In this document: positions 36,699 through 47,375 of the stretch, piece by piece | How positions within the stretch are numbered: position 1 is the stretch's first letter | How the letters are laid out: every line of letters begins with the position of its first letter | Virus record (IMG/VR): IMGVR_UViG_3300009499_000114 | Location: 14,579 to 78,578 of that record | Direction: 5' to 3' (one strand) | Length of the DNA stretch: 64,000 nucleotides | Source: a virus | The notes under the pieces: generated by a model | The model's database searches: none | Seen by the model: the letters and a program-made list of their open reading frames with translations, nothing else | What the model was told of the DNA's origin: nothing | Program-made: the position numbers and the translations under genes

Positions 36699-39170
36699 AT
36701 GGCTGATCTGCCGGAAGTCGGCCTGAAGGCCATCGTCGAGGGAATAGACAAATACCTGAAGGACCTTGAATCCGTCGCGGACGGGTACGACGAAATCGCA
36801 GGCGAGACGGCGGAAGTGACCGCTACCTCGGGTAAGGCGTCGGCTGCGCTGGACAAAGTGGGCGGCGTGGCGGCCGGAATTGCCACAGGTGGTTTGGCAC
36901 TACTGGCAACGGCAGTGGTGGGCATCGCGGCCGGCATCGTCGGGATGACCACAGCCGGCGCAAAATGGGCGTCCGAATTCGGCGAAGACATGGCGCTGGT
37001 CCAGGCGCAGACAGGCGCAACTGACGAGGAATTGGCAAAATTCAAGGAGACCGCCGAAGCTGTCTACAAGTTGGGCCTGGGTGAGACTTTTGAGGATGTG
37101 GCGCAGGCTATGGCGACTACCGAGCGTATAACCGGGGCTGAAGGTGAAGCGCTTGAGACTTTGACCAGAGACGGCTTGACCTTGGCTGAAGTATTTGACA
37201 AAGACATCAACGAGACGATGCGGGCCACTAACAAGATGATGGACCAATTAGGGGTTGAGGGCGGAGAAGCCATCGACCTGATCACGGTCGCCCTCCAAGA
37301 AACGGGTGATCCGGCTGACGACTTGCTAGATACCATCAACGAATATGCTGCTAACTTTGAGGATGCAGGCTACACCGGCAAGACAATGATGAATACGCTT
37401 GTTGCCGGTTTAGAAGCCGGGGCCTGGAACTTCGACAAGGTAGGTGACGCGGTACGTGAATTTAATATCCGGCTAACCGACGGGTCTGAAACTAGCTCAG
37501 AAGCTCTTCAGGCTTTGACAGGCGATAGCGAGGGGTTTCTGGATGAATTAAGTAAAGGGACCATCACCGGTGCAGACGCCATGGGTATCCTAAATACCAA
37601 ACTGCGCGGAGTAGAAGATCCTCTAGAGCGTAATAGGTTGGGTGTTGCGCTATATGGCTCTATGTGGGAAGATATGGGGGCTGATACCATTTTGTCTTTG
37701 GATACGACGGTTGATGCTTTGGAAAGGACTGAAGGTGCAACTGAGCAAGCACGGAAAGTAGTGAAAACAGGGCTGCGCCCTGCTTGGGAAGGGCTGAAGC
37801 GGACGCTCAAAGTGAGCATGGCCGAGGGGTTTGAGCCCGTCCTGACGACTCTCGTTGAGAAACTAACTCCCGCCTTTGAGACTTTCGCGACCTGGCTGGA
37901 GGGACCGGGGCAGGAAGTCCTGGAATCGTTCGGCACATTCATCGCCGAGACCTTGGGGCCAGCGCTTGAGAAGTTGGGGCCTTTCTTGGAAGAGACGGTA
38001 TTGCCAGCCCTGGTCCGATTCGGCGACTGGTTCACGGAAAAAGGCATCCCAGCCATGAAGGATCTCGGGGAATGGGTAGAAGACAAACTGATGCCGGCGC
38101 TGGCCGAGATATGGGATTGGGTTAAGGTAAACGGACCGAAAATCTGGCGCATCGTCAAGCTAGTGTCAGAAAGAATCGGAGAGATCATCGAAACTGTCAG
38201 TTTAATCATTGAGGAGTTCGTCGAGATCGTGGACACGATCAAGGAAACGTGGGAAGACGCGCTTGAGGCCGTCGAAGATTTCAAGGAGGACTTCAAGGAA
38301 GCAGTCCAGGCTATCATGGATGCGATGATAGAGGCTATCGAAGACGCTGCCGATAAGGTAAAAACTGCCTTTGCCAATACAGTAGGGAAAGCCGTTACCT
38401 GGCTAAAAACTGATGTAGCAAGTGGTGACCTTGCAGAAAGATTGAAAACGATAGGAAGTAGCCTGCTGGACAGGCTGAGCGAAGGCATCGAATCGGTGAC
38501 GACCCTGGGCGGCGACCTGATAAAAATCGTGGTCAAAGCTGTGACGACTTTGTTCCAGAGCGCCTACAACTTAGGAGGTGCAATCCGCACCAGTTTAGAA
38601 ACGGTCGGAAAGAAATTGATTGATAATATCATCGCTGGAGTTGGAAAGACGACTGAAGGGGAGGAAAGTTTGGCATCCAGACTCATCGTAGTAGTGACGG
38701 ATGCAATAATTAGCTTTGCCGCCTGGGTAAGTAGTAAATATTTTGGTATCGGTAAGCGAATATACGAAGCTGGTAAGGACATCATCGGCGGCATCGTTGA
38801 GGGCTTGAAGGCAGCGGCCAGCAAGGTGTGGGAGACGCTCAAGAAAATCATCGAGGATGCGGTGGGGAACGTCTTCGACTTCTTCGGGGTCGAGTATTCG
38901 CCCTCGACGTTGTTCATGGAAGTCGGCAAGGACATCATGCGCGGCCTGGAGCTGGGCCTAGCGTCTCAGGTCCCCGTCGTCGCGGCCCAGTTGCAGGCGG
39001 CGATATCTGCGCCAGCGGCGGTGGTGGCCCCGGCGATGGGAGCGATGAATACTGTTACGAACTATTACAATAACTACGACATGGGCGGCAACACCTTCGC
39101 CGGTACGATGGGCGAGGCCGAGTTCGATGCGCGGGTGGAGCGTGCCATTCGGCACGGACTCGCCAGATGA
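36699..39170 (+). CDS. tape measure protein
   Basis: 823 aa, Ala-rich helical; DTINEY..GAWNFDKVGDAVREFNIR; SPSTLFMEVG. Confidence 0.9.
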   Translation: MADLPEVGLKAIVEGIDKYLKDLESVADGYDEIAGETAEVTATSGKASAALDKVGGVAAGIATGGLALLATAVVGIAAGIVGMTTAGAKWASEFGEDMALVQAQTGATDEELAKFKETAEAVYKLGLGETFEDVAQAMATTERITGAEGEALETLTRDGLTLAEVFDKDINETMRATNKMMDQLGVEGGEAIDLITVALQETGDPADDLLDTINEYAANFEDAGYTGKTMMNTLVAGLEAGAWNFDKVGDAVREFNIRLTDGSETSSEALQALTGDSEGFLDELSKGTITGADAMGILNTKLRGVEDPLERNRLGVALYGSMWEDMGADTILSLDTTVDALERTEGATEQARKVVKTGLRPAWEGLKRTLKVSMAEGFEPVLTTLVEKLTPAFETFATWLEGPGQEVLESFGTFIAETLGPALEKLGPFLEETVLPALVRFGDWFTEKGIPAMKDLGEWVEDKLMPALAEIWDWVKVNGPKIWRIVKLVSERIGEIIETVSLIIEEFVEIVDTIKETWEDALEAVEDFKEDFKEAVQAIMDAMIEAIEDAADKVKTAFANTVGKAVTWLKTDVASGDLAERLKTIGSSLLDRLSEGIESVTTLGGDLIKIVVKAVTTLFQSAYNLGGAIRTSLETVGKKLIDNIIAGVGKTTEGEESLASRLIVVVTDAIISFAAWVSSKYFGIGKRIYEAGKDIIGGIVEGLKAAASKVWETLKKIIEDAVGNVFDFFGVEYSPSTLFMEVGKDIMRGLELGLASQVPVVAAQLQAAISAPAAVVAPAMGAMNTVTNYYNNYDMGGNTFAGTMGEAEFDARVERAIRHGLAR

Positions 39171-39185
39171 ATACCCTGGGAGGGT

Positions 39186-42100
39186 ATGCAGATGAGAAGA
39201 GTCTTGTTTGCAGTACTACTTTTTTTACTTGTCGCGATCCCGTCGCAGGCGCAGGGGCCGGGCACGACAATTTTTCTGCCGATAGTCTGGAAGGGAGGCG
39301 GCATGGCATCTACTTCTGACGCGATACTTCGCATCACCGACGGAACCCGGACGGTGGACTTGCTGGGATCCGACGGCGGATTCAAATTGGATGACCCGTA
39401 CTGGCGACCAGCGATAGCCCAGTTGAAAGGCGGGGGCGATTACGCCGATTCGCGGTTGGCACCCGGGCGTAGGCTGGTGAGTGCTGAGTACAATAATGTG
39501 ACGGAATCCTTTCCCCTGATCGCTAGCGGCAAGGACCAGGACAAGGCTATTCGTTCCATTCGCGAGGCTTTACAGCTCATGCGCCAGGCGTCGGATTACT
39601 GGACGACACCTTACGAATACGATGATGTATGGATTGAGGTACGTCCTGCCTGCGATGATTGCCTGACGGGTTACGCGAGGGCGATAAAGGGGAGCATCCC
39701 CGAACTGGATAACGTTTTTGGGCAGCCTTTCTATTCCGGCATGAACGAAGCGGTCATGCGGGGCCTCACGCTGCTCGTGGAGAGGGAACCGTTCTGGCGA
39801 GGGACTGAGCCGGGGGAGATAATCGGCCCGCTATATAACCTGCTGAGGAACCCCGACTTTGAGCTGTGGAATTTCGGCGCGGGCGACAGCCAGCCCGATT
39901 CGTGGGACGATATAGAAGTAGCGGGTGTCGTTGGCACGAACAACCGGCAGGACGTGGCCCCGAAGTGGGGCGACCATGCATTGCGGGTGGATGTGACCGG
40001 CAGCATAGCGGTCAACGACACGAAGGGTGTACATCAGACTGTTACAGGGACCAGGAACGGCATGACTTACACCGTGCTGGCCTGGGTGCGGAACGACGGT
40101 ATCACGAATGGGGTCGGGCGGATACTGATCACTTACGGTCTCAAGCAACTGGAACTCTATCGAGGGGCTGTCATGCATGGCTGGACGCTGTACGCGGACA
40201 CGTTCACGACCGGGGTCGGTGACGTGGTAGGGTTCAATTGCGAGATACTAGTGACCGGGGCCAATACAGTAGGCACAGTCTACTTCGACTCGCTGATGCT
40301 ACTGGAAGGCGACTGGACGACGGAAGCCCAAAATGGGACATTACCCTATATGTCATCTTCTCACATCGTCAATCACTGGGACCAACCGACCGGGATAATT
40401 GATGAGGGAGACATCAACTGGGTAGATGCCTGGAATGTGCCGGGCGACGTGCCAGCTCTGGTACGATTGGAGGTTTTGAATAACTCCGAACCAACTGATT
40501 CCGCAGACCCAGCAGAGATTTATAATTCTGTTCGAATTGGACAACGACGCATATGGAACGTCCTGATATTTGATAATTATCACGATCCAGTCGGAGTAGC
40601 TGACAATGCCTGTTCTAGTGATGACCGGATCAACTTTACTCCAACTGTAGACTGGACCGATATCACAACACAAACTATTGTCGGGGGCGTAACTGCGCTT
40701 AGCAACGAAGGACGGTTCCGGGTGTTTTGCCGAGTCTATGATGCAAAAGCAGGTGGTGATCCGACCCTAGAATTGCGGCTAAGATACTGGCTTGGCACAG
40801 AAGCTGTTAATGTCAAAACCTTGAAAGGCGTAAAGGTTCCAGTGCGTGCTCAGTGGACGGCTGTGAACCTGACACCCAATGCGGCGATGATTTTTGATGC
40901 AAAGTTTAATGCAGATCCGCCTGGCACGTTGGGTTATACTATTCAGGCACGGCGTCCAACAGGAGCTGGCGATGCGAGGCTTGACCACTGTCTCGCTCTT
41001 CCGACTGACGGCGGCTATTTCCAGGCTATTATTGATCCTGCTCTCAGATATCAAAATTCATTGGTTCTTGATAGTACTGCTTCCATCACTATAGCTGCTG
41101 AGAGTCTTCGGTCTGGTTGGACTCGGATTTTTGCTCCGGCTGGCGGTCTTAATGCGAGAGCTCTCAAATTCTTCAAGGGTCATTTGTACGTCTCCATTGA
41201 GACTGCCGCGTTGCCTATGATGATCTACCGCTACTCAAATAATGTGTTTACCCCCGTACTCACATCAGCCATCGCGAATGGCTATTGTGACGAAATGGAA
41301 ATTTATCATGAAAAACTTTATGTATCTCAGCATGATCTAGGGGGAGGAGGACAAGCACGAATCTATTCAACATCAGATGGCATTTCTTGGACACAAGAAG
41401 TGACTTTGGGTGTAGAACAGATTTTTGGACTGAAATCCTTTGACGGATATCTGTGGATAAGTGCTTTTGATTTAGCAGGGCTAACTGGTTACATCTACTC
41501 CTGGGATGGTACTGCTTTAGTTCAGCGTTATACTCGTGCAGGAGCGGGTAACACATTAACTGTTTGTAGCAATGCGTTGTATGGTAGTATTGGATCAGAT
41601 GTTATAGAATATTCACCGGTGACCGGGATTTGGCAAATCATTGGTAGTACTACATTTCTAGCACGTACCTTGGGAACATTTGAGGGAAAAGTATACGTCG
41701 GTGGTGGACCCTGGTGGTCAGAACCGCTTTGGTCTTACGACGGTACTGTCTTGCACCAAGTTTTTAATACACCGGAAATTCGAGATTGGTATGCGCTTCA
41801 AGAATACAACGGAAGATTTTACGCGGGAGGTGAGGGCGGGGGTACTGCACCTGTTTTTGTTACTGATGACGGTGTGACTTGGACCGCGGTTTATGATCCA
41901 TCTGGCTTTACTACACAAGATTTTACTGTAGGTGAAGGGTTACTTTACATGGCAGCGGGTTTTGGAGGGGCAGAAGTCTACGTCTATACTGAGGACGCAG
42001 TACGATATTCAATACCGGATTTTCAGACATCTGGAGGCTTCCCGACTGCACCCAACCGCGACTTGCCAAATATCCCGCACAGACATCGGTGGGTGTTCAG

Positions 42101-42197
42101 CTACGACAGGGAGGACTTCGTCAACGCCAAGGACGACGCGGCATTAGTTGGAATTGGGTATGTACCACGATATTTATCTTTGAGAGGTCACGACTAA
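39186..42197 (+). CDS. distal tail/tail-tip protein with CBM-like and beta-propeller domains (alternative start 39303)
   Basis: Follows the tape measure; NLLRNPDFE CBM-like start; propeller repeats (xYxG, SxDGxxW) at about 41100-42000. Confidence 0.7.
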   Translation: MQMRRVLFAVLLFLLVAIPSQAQGPGTTIFLPIVWKGGGMASTSDAILRITDGTRTVDLLGSDGGFKLDDPYWRPAIAQLKGGGDYADSRLAPGRRLVSAEYNNVTESFPLIASGKDQDKAIRSIREALQLMRQASDYWTTPYEYDDVWIEVRPACDDCLTGYARAIKGSIPELDNVFGQPFYSGMNEAVMRGLTLLVEREPFWRGTEPGEIIGPLYNLLRNPDFELWNFGAGDSQPDSWDDIEVAGVVGTNNRQDVAPKWGDHALRVDVTGSIAVNDTKGVHQTVTGTRNGMTYTVLAWVRNDGITNGVGRILITYGLKQLELYRGAVMHGWTLYADTFTTGVGDVVGFNCEILVTGANTVGTVYFDSLMLLEGDWTTEAQNGTLPYMSSSHIVNHWDQPTGIIDEGDINWVDAWNVPGDVPALVRLEVLNNSEPTDSADPAEIYNSVRIGQRRIWNVLIFDNYHDPVGVADNACSSDDRINFTPTVDWTDITTQTIVGGVTALSNEGRFRVFCRVYDAKAGGDPTLELRLRYWLGTEAVNVKTLKGVKVPVRAQWTAVNLTPNAAMIFDAKFNADPPGTLGYTIQARRPTGAGDARLDHCLALPTDGGYFQAIIDPALRYQNSLVLDSTASITIAAESLRSGWTRIFAPAGGLNARALKFFKGHLYVSIETAALPMMIYRYSNNVFTPVLTSAIANGYCDEMEIYHEKLYVSQHDLGGGGQARIYSTSDGISWTQEVTLGVEQIFGLKSFDGYLWISAFDLAGLTGYIYSWDGTALVQRYTRAGAGNTLTVCSNALYGSIGSDVIEYSPVTGIWQIIGSTTFLARTLGTFEGKVYVGGGPWWSEPLWSYDGTVLHQVFNTPEIRDWYALQEYNGRFYAGGEGGGTAPVFVTDDGVTWTAVYDPSGFTTQDFTVGEGLLYMAAGFGGAEVYVYTEDAVRYSIPDFQTSGGFPTAPNRDLPNIPHRHRWVFSYDREDFVNAKDDAALVGIGYVPRYLSLRGHD

Positions 42198-42198
42198 C

Positions 42199-43350
42199 GT
42201 GCCCGGCCTATCGCTCATCAGCTATGAGCCTGTGAACGAATCGGGTTTGTACGCCCGTGAATTCGTGGACGACCTGACCGACAACCACTGGGGCTACACG
42301 CACACCATCAGTGCAGTCGGCGGCTTCACCTCGGCCAACTTCAGCCTCAAGGGAACCCGCGAGTACCTTGACGACTGGTTCGACGACGGCCTGTTCCGGC
42401 GCGTCGTCCTCTACAACCCGGAGGCCATCATGGTGTGGGAGGGCTTCGTCAACCGGATGACCTACACCGTCTCGTCCCTCCAGAAGTCCAAGTCACTGGA
42501 CACGATGTCTAACCGGGTGTACTTGCGGTTCAGCCCAATTGATCTTAGCACAATTCCGCCCATTGTATCTCCACCTGAAACCATCCAGGTAAATGACATC
42601 GCCAGCCAAATCGACTGGGGTGTCAAGAGCCTGGTCATCTTCGGTGGCGAGCGGGTAAGAACTTATGTAGTGGATCCATGGGCTGCAAATGTGCTGAAGG
42701 AACGAAAGGACGTCAAGACCGGCGAGAACGTCAACACCATGCGCACCGAGGCCCCGTTCATCGAGGTCGAGTGCAAGGGCTACTACGACGTGCTGCGATG
42801 GCTTCCCTACGATTGCGTGACTTCCGGCTCTATCCTGGCGCACCAGGTCATCATTGAGATAATGAATTACTTCAACCTGGTCAACCAGGGCTGGCTGTCC
42901 ATGAGCCCCGGCTGGATAGACTACAGTTTCAGGAACGAGCGCCGCTGCCGGGACGAGCTGATGTCCTGCTGGGACGTGATCGCGCAGATCATCGGCAAGG
43001 GCGGCGCGGGCGGCGAGCGCTGGGTCGGGGGCCTGTACCAGAACCGGCAGATGGTCTACAAGGCGGCCGAGGACTTCGGCGGCCTGTACGCGGACCACTT
43101 CGAGCTCAGGCGGGCGCTGGAGGACATAAACCAGTTCATCTACGACGTGCCGATGGGCTGGGAGGTCAAGCCGTGGGACATGGTGCCGGACCGGGTGCTG
43201 CACACCACGGACGTGAACGCGGGCGGGGAGAAGAGCCTGATGTACATCGAGCAGGTGACGTATCGGGAACCCTACGGCCTGACGCTGGTGGGCGGCGACG
43301 ACCAGCGGCTTGAGGTGTTCCTGGCGCAGAAAGGGTTGCCCGGATTATGA
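42199..43350 (+). CDS. tail hub/minor tail protein
   Basis: Position after the Dit-like gene; VWEGFV..NRV..SQIDWG pattern. Confidence 0.6.
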   Translation: MPGLSLISYEPVNESGLYAREFVDDLTDNHWGYTHTISAVGGFTSANFSLKGTREYLDDWFDDGLFRRVVLYNPEAIMVWEGFVNRMTYTVSSLQKSKSLDTMSNRVYLRFSPIDLSTIPPIVSPPETIQVNDIASQIDWGVKSLVIFGGERVRTYVVDPWAANVLKERKDVKTGENVNTMRTEAPFIEVECKGYYDVLRWLPYDCVTSGSILAHQVIIEIMNYFNLVNQGWLSMSPGWIDYSFRNERRCRDELMSCWDVIAQIIGKGGAGGERWVGGLYQNRQMVYKAAEDFGGLYADHFELRRALEDINQFIYDVPMGWEVKPWDMVPDRVLHTTDVNAGGEKSLMYIEQVTYREPYGLTLVGGDDQRLEVFLAQKGLPGL

Positions 43351-44012
43351 AAATCGACGCGGCACCCTCGCAACTGTCCGACGCGCTGCGGGCTATTTTC
43401 TTCGCCCGGGACCGGGAGGTCTGGCTGGCGAAAAACTGCTACGCCCGGCTGGACCCGTCCACGACGCGGACCGGGCTGGCGCTGGCGGACCGCTATCTGG
43501 CGTGGGTGTCCATCGCCGAGACGGCATTGACGGCCCCCGCGGCCATCGTGACGTTCGCCAACATCCCGCAGAACTTCAGGACGCTGGCGCTCCCGTACCA
43601 GGCGCGGACGGACGCCGTGGCCGAATCTGATAACGTGCGCCTCCAGTTCAACGGAAGCGCGGTCGGATACGATACGTTAGAATCGTACTTCAATTCGGCC
43701 GGCAACGTGAATATTCCCGGACTGAACGGGGTTAGCATGCTAGCCGGCGTTGCGGAAGCCGCGAACTCCCGTGCCAATAACTTTTCGCCGACGCTTCTTT
43801 TTATCGAGGGGTATGCAAGGGCTGATCGCGACAAGTGGGCCTTCGGACAGTCGGGTGTATTTGGTGATGCAAGCGCCAACGCGGACCTGTACAACACGCT
43901 GGACAGGGGTCGCTGGCGAAGTTTGGCGGCCGTAACTAGCATCACCCTATATCCTGCCGTAGGCCCCAACTTCGTAGCGGGCAGCATTTTCCAATTATAT
44001 GGAGTACTATAA
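43347..44012 (+). CDS. minor tail/fibre-associated protein
   Basis: VTFANIPQNFRTL..VTSITL..GSIFQLYG, a common phage tail-associated pattern. Confidence 0.6.
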   Translation: MKIDAAPSQLSDALRAIFFARDREVWLAKNCYARLDPSTTRTGLALADRYLAWVSIAETALTAPAAIVTFANIPQNFRTLALPYQARTDAVAESDNVRLQFNGSAVGYDTLESYFNSAGNVNIPGLNGVSMLAGVAEAANSRANNFSPTLLFIEGYARADRDKWAFGQSGVFGDASANADLYNTLDRGRWRSLAAVTSITLYPAVGPNFVAGSIFQLYGVL

Positions 44013-44305
44013 TGCAACCACACGTGATAGTGGACTGCGCGACGGGCAAGGTGACGCTGCGCCCGGTGACGGCGGAAGAGATAACAGAGCGACTGGAAAG
44101 AGTCGCGGCGGACGAGGCCAGGGAGCGGGACGAACACCTGAAGCAGCTCAAGGAAAGCATCGTCCAGTCCAGCATCGAGCTGGAGCAGCGGAAAGCCCTC
44201 GTGGAAGAGGGCATCTTCACCGGAAAGGACCTGGCGGACTGTGAGGCGCGGCTGGAGGAAGCGAAGGTAGAACTGGCCGCGTGGAAAAAACCTGCCGCGA
44301 AGTGA
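44012..44305 (+). CDS. small tail-fibre assembly-like protein
   Basis: TAATG overlap; IVDCATGKVTLRPVTAEE followed by a coiled coil. Confidence 0.55.
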   Translation: MQPHVIVDCATGKVTLRPVTAEEITERLERVAADEARERDEHLKQLKESIVQSSIELEQRKALVEEGIFTGKDLADCEARLEEAKVELAAWKKPAAK

Positions 44306-44371
44306 CCGGTGTCCAAGCGCCCACGGCATCGTTTCAGGCCGTTAGGGGCGACCCTGGCAGCCTTTGTTATG

Positions 44372-45397
44372 TCAGGTAAATGGCATTTTTAGTTGCGACA
44401 TCTCCAGCCGCGTCTTCTCTATCTGCTCGTTTGCCAGCCTTACGTAGTCGGGCGAAACATCACAGCCAAACCAGCGGCGCCCCGTCCTCATCGCCGCCAC
44501 CGCTGTCGTCCCCCCGCCCATAAAGAAGTCGCACACCAGGTCACCCGGCCTACTGCTCATGTTGATGATGTGCTCAATTAGCGCCAGCGGCTTCTCGCAG
44601 GGATGCTTGCCGGGATAAGTGCCCACGGTCGGGAAGGTCCACACGTCGGTGTAAGGCGCATCTATACTGGCGTTGAACGGGCGGCGCAGGTCTTCGTATT
44701 CGGCGCGTAGGTCTTCGTATTCGGCCCGCAGGTCTTTATATGATCTTATGAAAAATCCAGGATAGGCCAATTGTAAATTCTTGTACTTTTTCTCTGTGAT
44801 CATACACCATTGAATCGGGCAAGTGTTTGTGTTTCTCTGATTAAAAGTTGTACCACAAACTAAATTCATGTCTCCGATGCGCAAACCCGCCCGTCTCCGC
44901 TCCCCGTCCAGATACGCCCGCAACGGCTCAAACACGAACCCGTGCAACTCATCGCACTTAGCACCGTAGCCCGACACGCCCTTGGCCTGGCTGTCAGCCC
45001 CGTAGTGCTCGGCGAAGATGATACGCTCTGATGATGGGAAGTAAGACCGCATGGTCCCCTTGTCAAACATCTCCGCTTTGGTGCTAAACTCAGGTTTGGC
45101 CCAGGTGATGAAGTTCACTACCTCAAACCACTCTCTCACGACACACTCCACCCGCGCAGCCATCTCTGGACTGGCGAAGGCGTACAGGCTGCCGTTCGGG
45201 GCCAGAACACGCCGGTACTGTTCGCACACCGCTCCTATCCAGTCCAGGTACTCGGCGGGCGTCTTCCATTGCCGGTCCCAATCCTCAGACTTGACTCGGT
45301 AGTAGGGCCAATCGCTGACGATGAGGTTGACGGACGAGTCGGGCAGTCCTGCCGTGATACTCAGGCAATCGCCCACCATGACAGTGTCAAGTTCCAT
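44372..45397 (-). CDS. beta-class amino-DNA methyltransferase (DWPY motif)
   Basis: GDCL..SDWPYY..HPCEKP..DFFMGGGTT. Confidence 0.9.
   Translation of the reverse strand: MELDTVMVGDCLSITAGLPDSSVNLIVSDWPYYRVKSEDWDRQWKTPAEYLDWIGAVCEQYRRVLAPNGSLYAFASPEMAARVECVVREWFEVVNFITWAKPEFSTKAEMFDKGTMRSYFPSSERIIFAEHYGADSQAKGVSGYGAKCDELHGFVFEPLRAYLDGERRRAGLRIGDMNLVCGTTFNQRNTNTCPIQWCMITEKKYKNLQLAYPGFFIRSYKDLRAEYEDLRAEYEDLRRPFNASIDAPYTDVWTFPTVGTYPGKHPCEKPLALIEHIINMSSRPGDLVCDFFMGGGTTAVAAMRTGRRWFGCDVSPDYVRLANEQIEKTRLEMSQLKMPFT
44685..44737. repeat. 21-bp tandem repeat (about 2.5 copies) encoding EYEDLRA
   Basis: CGYAGGTCTTCGTATTCGGCS units. Confidence 0.8.
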
Positions 45398-45409
45398 TCT
45401 TTACTCTCC

Positions 45410-46993
45410 TTAATGGACTATCGCGCTCAGGAAATCCTCTGACAAATGCTTCCTGACCCGCGTCCAGTTCCCATCCAGCACGGCGACCAGGCCGTTCTCC
45501 GGCCCGTAGTCCTGCTCCCGGCCGCGCCTCGTCCGCCCACACCCCTGAGCCAGCATGTTCGCCGTGCGCCAGTGGTACATCGCGCCCCCGGCCCGCATCT
45601 GCTCGTTCTCGTAGCTGCCCGGCGCGCCGATGCGGGGAAAAGGAGTCTTGAACACCAGCAGCAGGCGCTCGTCCAGCCCGTCGTAGCCCCGCCAGTGGTT
45701 CCAGCTCACCATGATGGAATTCGGCACCCGCGCCTTCCGGGCCTGCCACAGCGCGGTCTGCTCCCCTGTCCCCAGGAAATGCCTGCCGTCCCGTTCGGGC
45801 AGCAGCCAGACGCGGTCCTCGAAGCCCCGGCTCGCCAACCTGTTCGCCACGTTCTGGGCCTCGAACTTTGACGTGACCAGGGCGATGCCAGCCCAGTCAC
45901 CGGGGCAGTCCCCGATGATGTCCCGCGCCAGGTCGGCCTGTAACTCGTATGCGCTTTCGCCTGCCTTCTTGCCCAGTTTCGGTACTTCTTCTGGTATGAG
46001 TACCTGCCGCATGTCGGGCGCCCACTGCGAGGGGACCGACCGGAAGGCGCTGAAGTTGACGCCCAGTTCCCCGGCCAGCGGGTCGGGGTTGCCGATGGTG
46101 GCCGACATCAGCAGTACGGTCTCGGACAGGTTGAACCATCGGGGGAAGTGGAACCGGGCGGTGAGCGGCTTGGCTATGAAGCCCGGCTTGCCGTGGAGGG
46201 CGGCCGGCCCGGACCGGACGTACCAGCCCTCCTCGCTCATGCGCAGCGCGTCGAGCGCATTGCCGACGCTCATCCCGAGCGACTCGCACTGCCTGCGCCT
46301 GGCCCTGGCGACCTGGTTGTCGGATGCCAACAGTTTCTTGTAGTGCTCCCGCAGAACGATTCTGCTCTTCTCTAGCCATTCAAAAACTTTGTCCATGGGG
46401 TTCTCGTGGGCGAGCAGCGACACGGTGCCGGAGACGCGCGGGAAGTCCGGCAGGGACCAGTCAAGGCGCTGCTTCTCGGTGATCGTAGTGCCCGCGTGGT
46501 CGGTCACGATGTCCGGCAACTCGTCCGCCTCATCGAGCACCAGGACCCTCGGCGGATCCTGCCTGGGCCACCGGGCGGCGAGCCAGTAGGAATAGTTGAG
46601 GCTGGCCTTCGGGGACGCCCGGACGACGGCTTTCTGGACCAGGTAGGGGCAGGCAGGCGAGGAGGGGCACCTATGCATGCCCGTGTCCGCGTGGTCGCAC
46701 TCGCCGGCCGACAGGTGCTCCCGGCCCGGCTTGGCACATCGGTAATTGGCGCGGCCCTTCAGCACGTCGAAACCGTAGATGCCACCGTAGTTGACGTCCT
46801 GCAACTGCTTCGTCTTGACGAGAGCAGTTATACTTTTGCCATGCGCCAGGGCCACCGCGATGGCTGTCTTACCGATGCCGGGTGGAGCTTCTAGGCTGAC
46901 AATATCTGATTGCTTCTCTAGCCACTGCACGGTCTTGAATTGGTGAAGCCGCCAGTCGTCATGAGGCAATCCGTAGTCCGATGGGGTTTCCAA
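45410..46993 (-). CDS. DinG/Rad3-like SF2 helicase
   Basis: APPGIGKT, KGRANYRC Fe-S cysteines, DEADE, SAT, QGCGRTRR. Likely TTG start at 46993 after AAGGAAGG. Confidence 0.88.
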   Translation of the reverse strand: METPSDYGLPHDDWRLHQFKTVQWLEKQSDIVSLEAPPGIGKTAIAVALAHGKSITALVKTKQLQDVNYGGIYGFDVLKGRANYRCAKPGREHLSAGECDHADTGMHRCPSSPACPYLVQKAVVRASPKASLNYSYWLAARWPRQDPPRVLVLDEADELPDIVTDHAGTTITEKQRLDWSLPDFPRVSGTVSLLAHENPMDKVFEWLEKSRIVLREHYKKLLASDNQVARARRRQCESLGMSVGNALDALRMSEEGWYVRSGPAALHGKPGFIAKPLTARFHFPRWFNLSETVLLMSATIGNPDPLAGELGVNFSAFRSVPSQWAPDMRQVLIPEEVPKLGKKAGESAYELQADLARDIIGDCPGDWAGIALVTSKFEAQNVANRLASRGFEDRVWLLPERDGRHFLGTGEQTALWQARKARVPNSIMVSWNHWRGYDGLDERLLLVFKTPFPRIGAPGSYENEQMRAGGAMYHWRTANMLAQGCGRTRRGREQDYGPENGLVAVLDGNWTRVRKHLSEDFLSAIVH

Positions 46994-46997
46994 TGTT

Positions 46998-47375
46998 TTA
47001 GCCTTCCTTTTCTTGAGGAGAGGGGTACTTTGGGACGATATTGTCATAGTCACGTAGCAACTGAGACAGCCCATCCACGGCGCATTTGTAGGCCGCGTGA
47101 CTATCTAACCCTTCGTGCTGCGCCTCTGCGTACTCGTCACCAACTACTTGCAGGCACTCAATTATCGTGACGTAACGGATAAGGCTTGTCGCTATCCCAT
47201 AACGCTTCATGGCGACATCATCATAGCCCAGTCGCATGTGATTCCCTGCCGATTGCAATAGAGTTGGGGCTATTGTTAGCCTGTAAAGATGGCCCTGTGC
47301 TCGACAGGCAGGACAATACGTAGGCTCGTCCACTTCATAGATGTTCCCGCATTCGGGGCAGATTTCATGTGTCAT
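46998..47375 (-). CDS. Zn-ribbon hypothetical protein (paralog family A)
   Basis: CPECG..CPAC..HEGLD; AAGGAG RBS. Confidence 0.75.
   Translation of the reverse strand: MTHEICPECGNIYEVDEPTYCPACRAQGHLYRLTIAPTLLQSAGNHMRLGYDDVAMKRYGIATSLIRYVTIIECLQVVGDEYAEAQHEGLDSHAAYKCAVDGLSQLLRDYDNIVPKYPSPQEKEG

Noticed and set aside
44306-44371. Bidirectional terminator between the arms
   Set aside because: Only an imperfect hairpin without convincing U-tracts, so it was not called.
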